From Candidatus Saccharimonadota bacterium (GTDB taxonomy: Bacteria > Pseudomonadota > Gammaproteobacteria > Enterobacterales > Enterobacteriaceae), in NCBI GenBank assembly GCA_049942965.1, contig CP188088.1:360001-392000 (forward strand): DNA of 32,000 nucleotides, read 5' to 3'. Below are positions 30,433 to 32,000 of the stretch, piece by piece. Each line of letters opens with the position of its first letter. The stretch's first letter is position 1. The notes under the pieces were generated by a model. It had not been told where the DNA came from. It saw only the letters and a list, made by a program, of their open reading frames with translations, and did not search any database. The position numbers and the translations under genes were made by a program.

Positions 30433-30463
30433 CCCCTTGATCGAATGTAAATAGCCCCCATCT
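30433..30463 (+). promoter_or_regulatory. Sigma32 (RpoH) heat-shock promoter of dnaK
   Basis: CCCCTTGAT (30433-30441), a 14-nt spacer, then CCCCATCT (30456-30463). Compare the consensus CTTGAAA-N13-15-CCCCATNT and E. coli dnaK P1 CCCCCTTGATGACGTGGTTTACGACCCCATTTA, which has the same TTGAT-N14-CCCCAT layout. It sits 63 nt upstream of the dnaK ATG as a GC island in an otherwise AT-only spacer. Confidence 0.75.
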
Positions 30464-30525
30464 AATAAATATTAGATGTTATTAATTTTAAATTGATTTT
30501 TCAATCAAAAATTAGTGAGGAATAA

Positions 30526-32000
30526 ATGGGAAAAATTATTGGGATAGATTTAGGAACTACTAACTCCTGCATAGCTATAATGGATGGAAAACAAGCTAAA
30601 GTACTTGAAAATTCAGAGGGAGAAAGAACTACTCCTTCCATAATAGCATATACGAAAGAAGGAGAAATACTTGTAGGACAACCTGCAAAAAGACAAGCTA
30701 TTACTAATCCTAAAAATACACTTTTTGCAATAAAAAGACTTATTGGAAGACGTTTTAAAGACGAAGAAGTACAACGTGATATTAAAATAATGCCTTATGA
30801 AATTGTAAAATCAAATAATGGAGATGCTTGGATAAATATAAAAAATAAAAAAGTTGCACCACCTCAAATTTCTGCTGAAGTTTTAAAAAAAATGAAAAAA
30901 ACAGCAGAAGATTATCTAGGAGAAAAAGTTACTGAAGCAGTTATTACAGTTCCTGCTTATTTTAATGATGCACAAAGACAAGCTACTAAAGATGCCGGGA
31001 AAATTGCAGGAATGGAAATAAAAAGAATAATTAACGAACCAACTGCTGCAGCTCTAGCATATGGATTAGATAAAGGAAAAGGCAATCGAACCATTGCAGT
31101 GTATGACCTTGGAGGAGGTACTTTTGATATTTCTATAATTGAAATTGATGACGTTGATCAAGAAAAAACATTCGAAGTGTTAGCAACAAACGGAGACACC
31201 CATTTAGGTGGAGAAGATTTCGATAGCAGAATCATAAACTATTTAGTACAAGAATTTAAAAAAGAACAAGGAATGGACTTAAGAAATGATCCTTTAGCTA
31301 TGCAACGATTAAAAGAAGCGGCAGAAAAAGCAAAAATTGAACTTTCTTCAGCTCAACAAACTGACGTGAATTTACCATATATTACAGCTGATTCTTCAGG
31401 ACCAAAACACCTAAATATAAAAGTTACCAGATCAAAATTAGAATCTTTAGTAGAAGACTTAGTACTTCGGTCTATTGAACCAGTAAAAACAGCACTTAAA
31501 GATGCAAAATTATCTGTTTCAGATATTAATGATGTAATTTTAGTAGGTGGTCAAACAAGAATGCCAATGGTTCAGAAAACAGTGTCAAAATTTTTTGGGA
31601 AAAATCCTAGAAAAGACGTTAATCCAGATGAAGCTGTAGCTGTAGGAGCTGCTGTACAAGGTGGAGTATTATCTGGTAGCGTAAAAGATGTTTTATTATT
31701 AGATGTAACTCCATTATCTTTAGGAATTGAAACTATGGGTGGTATTATGACGACTGTAATTAAAAAAAATACTACTATACCAACTAAACATAGTCAAATT
31801 TTCTCTACTGCAGAAGATAATCAATCAGCTGTAACTATACACGTATTGCAAGGAGAAAGAAAACGATCAATTGATAATAAATCTTTAGGTCAATTTAATT
31901 TAGATGGTATTCAACCAGCTCAGAGAGGAGTTCCTCAAATAGAGGTTACGTTCGATATAGATGCTGATGGAATACTACACGTATTTGCAAAAGATAAAAA
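30526..32000 (+). CDS. dnaK: Molecular chaperone DnaK (Hsp70), 5' part; continues beyond the window
   Basis: Not in the ORF track because it is open-ended. ATG 30526 is preceded by SD GTGAGGA (30515-30521). My translation reads [15 protein letters not shown] ... [25 protein letters not shown] ... [13 protein letters not shown] ... [10 protein letters not shown] ... [11 protein letters not shown] ... [11 protein letters not shown] ... [11 protein letters not shown], with no stop through 32000 (491 codons). Confidence 0.97.
   Translation, partial: MGKIIGIDLGTTNSCIAIMDGKQAKVLENSEGERTTPSIIAYTKEGEILVGQPAKRQAITNPKNTLFAIKRLIGRRFKDEEVQRDIKIMPYEIVKSNNGDAWINIKNKKVAPPQISAEVLKKMKKTAEDYLGEKVTEAVITVPAYFNDAQRQATKDAGKIAGMEIKRIINEPTAAALAYGLDKGKGNRTIAVYDLGGGTFDISIIEIDDVDQEKTFEVLATNGDTHLGGEDFDSRIINYLVQEFKKEQGMDLRNDPLAMQRLKEAAEKAKIELSSAQQTDVNLPYITADSSGPKHLNIKVTRSKLESLVEDLVLRSIEPVKTALKDAKLSVSDINDVILVGGQTRMPMVQKTVSKFFGKNPRKDVNPDEAVAVGAAVQGGVLSGSVKDVLLLDVTPLSLGIETMGGIMTTVIKKNTTIPTKHSQIFSTAEDNQSAVTIHVLQGERKRSIDNKSLGQFNLDGIQPAQRGVPQIEVTFDIDADGILHVFAKDK

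Noticed and set aside
1-32000. Searched by eye for tRNA, rRNA or tmRNA-like GC-rich structured segments, CRISPR-like regular repeats, IS or transposase remnants, phage, toxin-antitoxin or defence genes, and gene-sized unannotated gaps.
   Set aside because: None found. The longest non-coding stretches are 274 nt (1-274), 263 nt (12488-12750), 220 nt (15031-15250), 215 nt (30311-30525) and 195 nt (10225-10419). All are near-pure A+T without ORFs or structured-RNA signatures. The sequence does not support a claim of a novel system in this window.

Overview
This window is extremely AT-rich (about 80% A+T by eye, not computed) and tightly packed with housekeeping genes. It looks like a reduced gammaproteobacterial (Enterobacterales) insect endosymbiont. 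Gene order and protein sequences match what I recall of Buchnera aphidicola synteny: gyrA-nrdA-nrdB-yfaE on +; pta-ackA, sirB1(ychA) and prfA on -; prs on +; folC and the complete nuoN..nuoA operon on -; dnaK on +, running off the 3' end. I call 24 protein genes. All are intact and colinear with E. coli orthologues I can align from memory. I see no tRNA, rRNA, CRISPR array, IS or phage remnant, toxin or defence gene, or orphan ORF cluster. Every track ORF not called as a gene is an antisense shadow or an upstream extension of a real gene. I therefore find no evidence for a novel multi-gene system here; this is an ordinary core-genome block. The modest points worth a second look are: (1) a well conserved sigma32 heat-shock promoter, a GC island in the AT-only spacer upstream of dnaK; (2) no prmC/hemK (or sirB2) between prfA and sirB1, although RF1 keeps its GGQ methylation site; (3) a perfect 32-bp palindrome in that same spacer; (4) retention of the uncharacterised sirB1/ychA; (5) GyrA lacks the enterobacterial acidic C-terminal tail; (6) several in-frame 10-12 nt poly(A)/poly(T) tracts inside essential genes, which are slippage hot spots; (7) a homology-supported TTG start for pta, and TGA stops inside ATGA overlaps, which indicate the standard genetic code. 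Several track ORFs begin at upstream TTG/GTG or ATG codons; I moved those starts to the ATG that aligns with the E. coli N-terminus.
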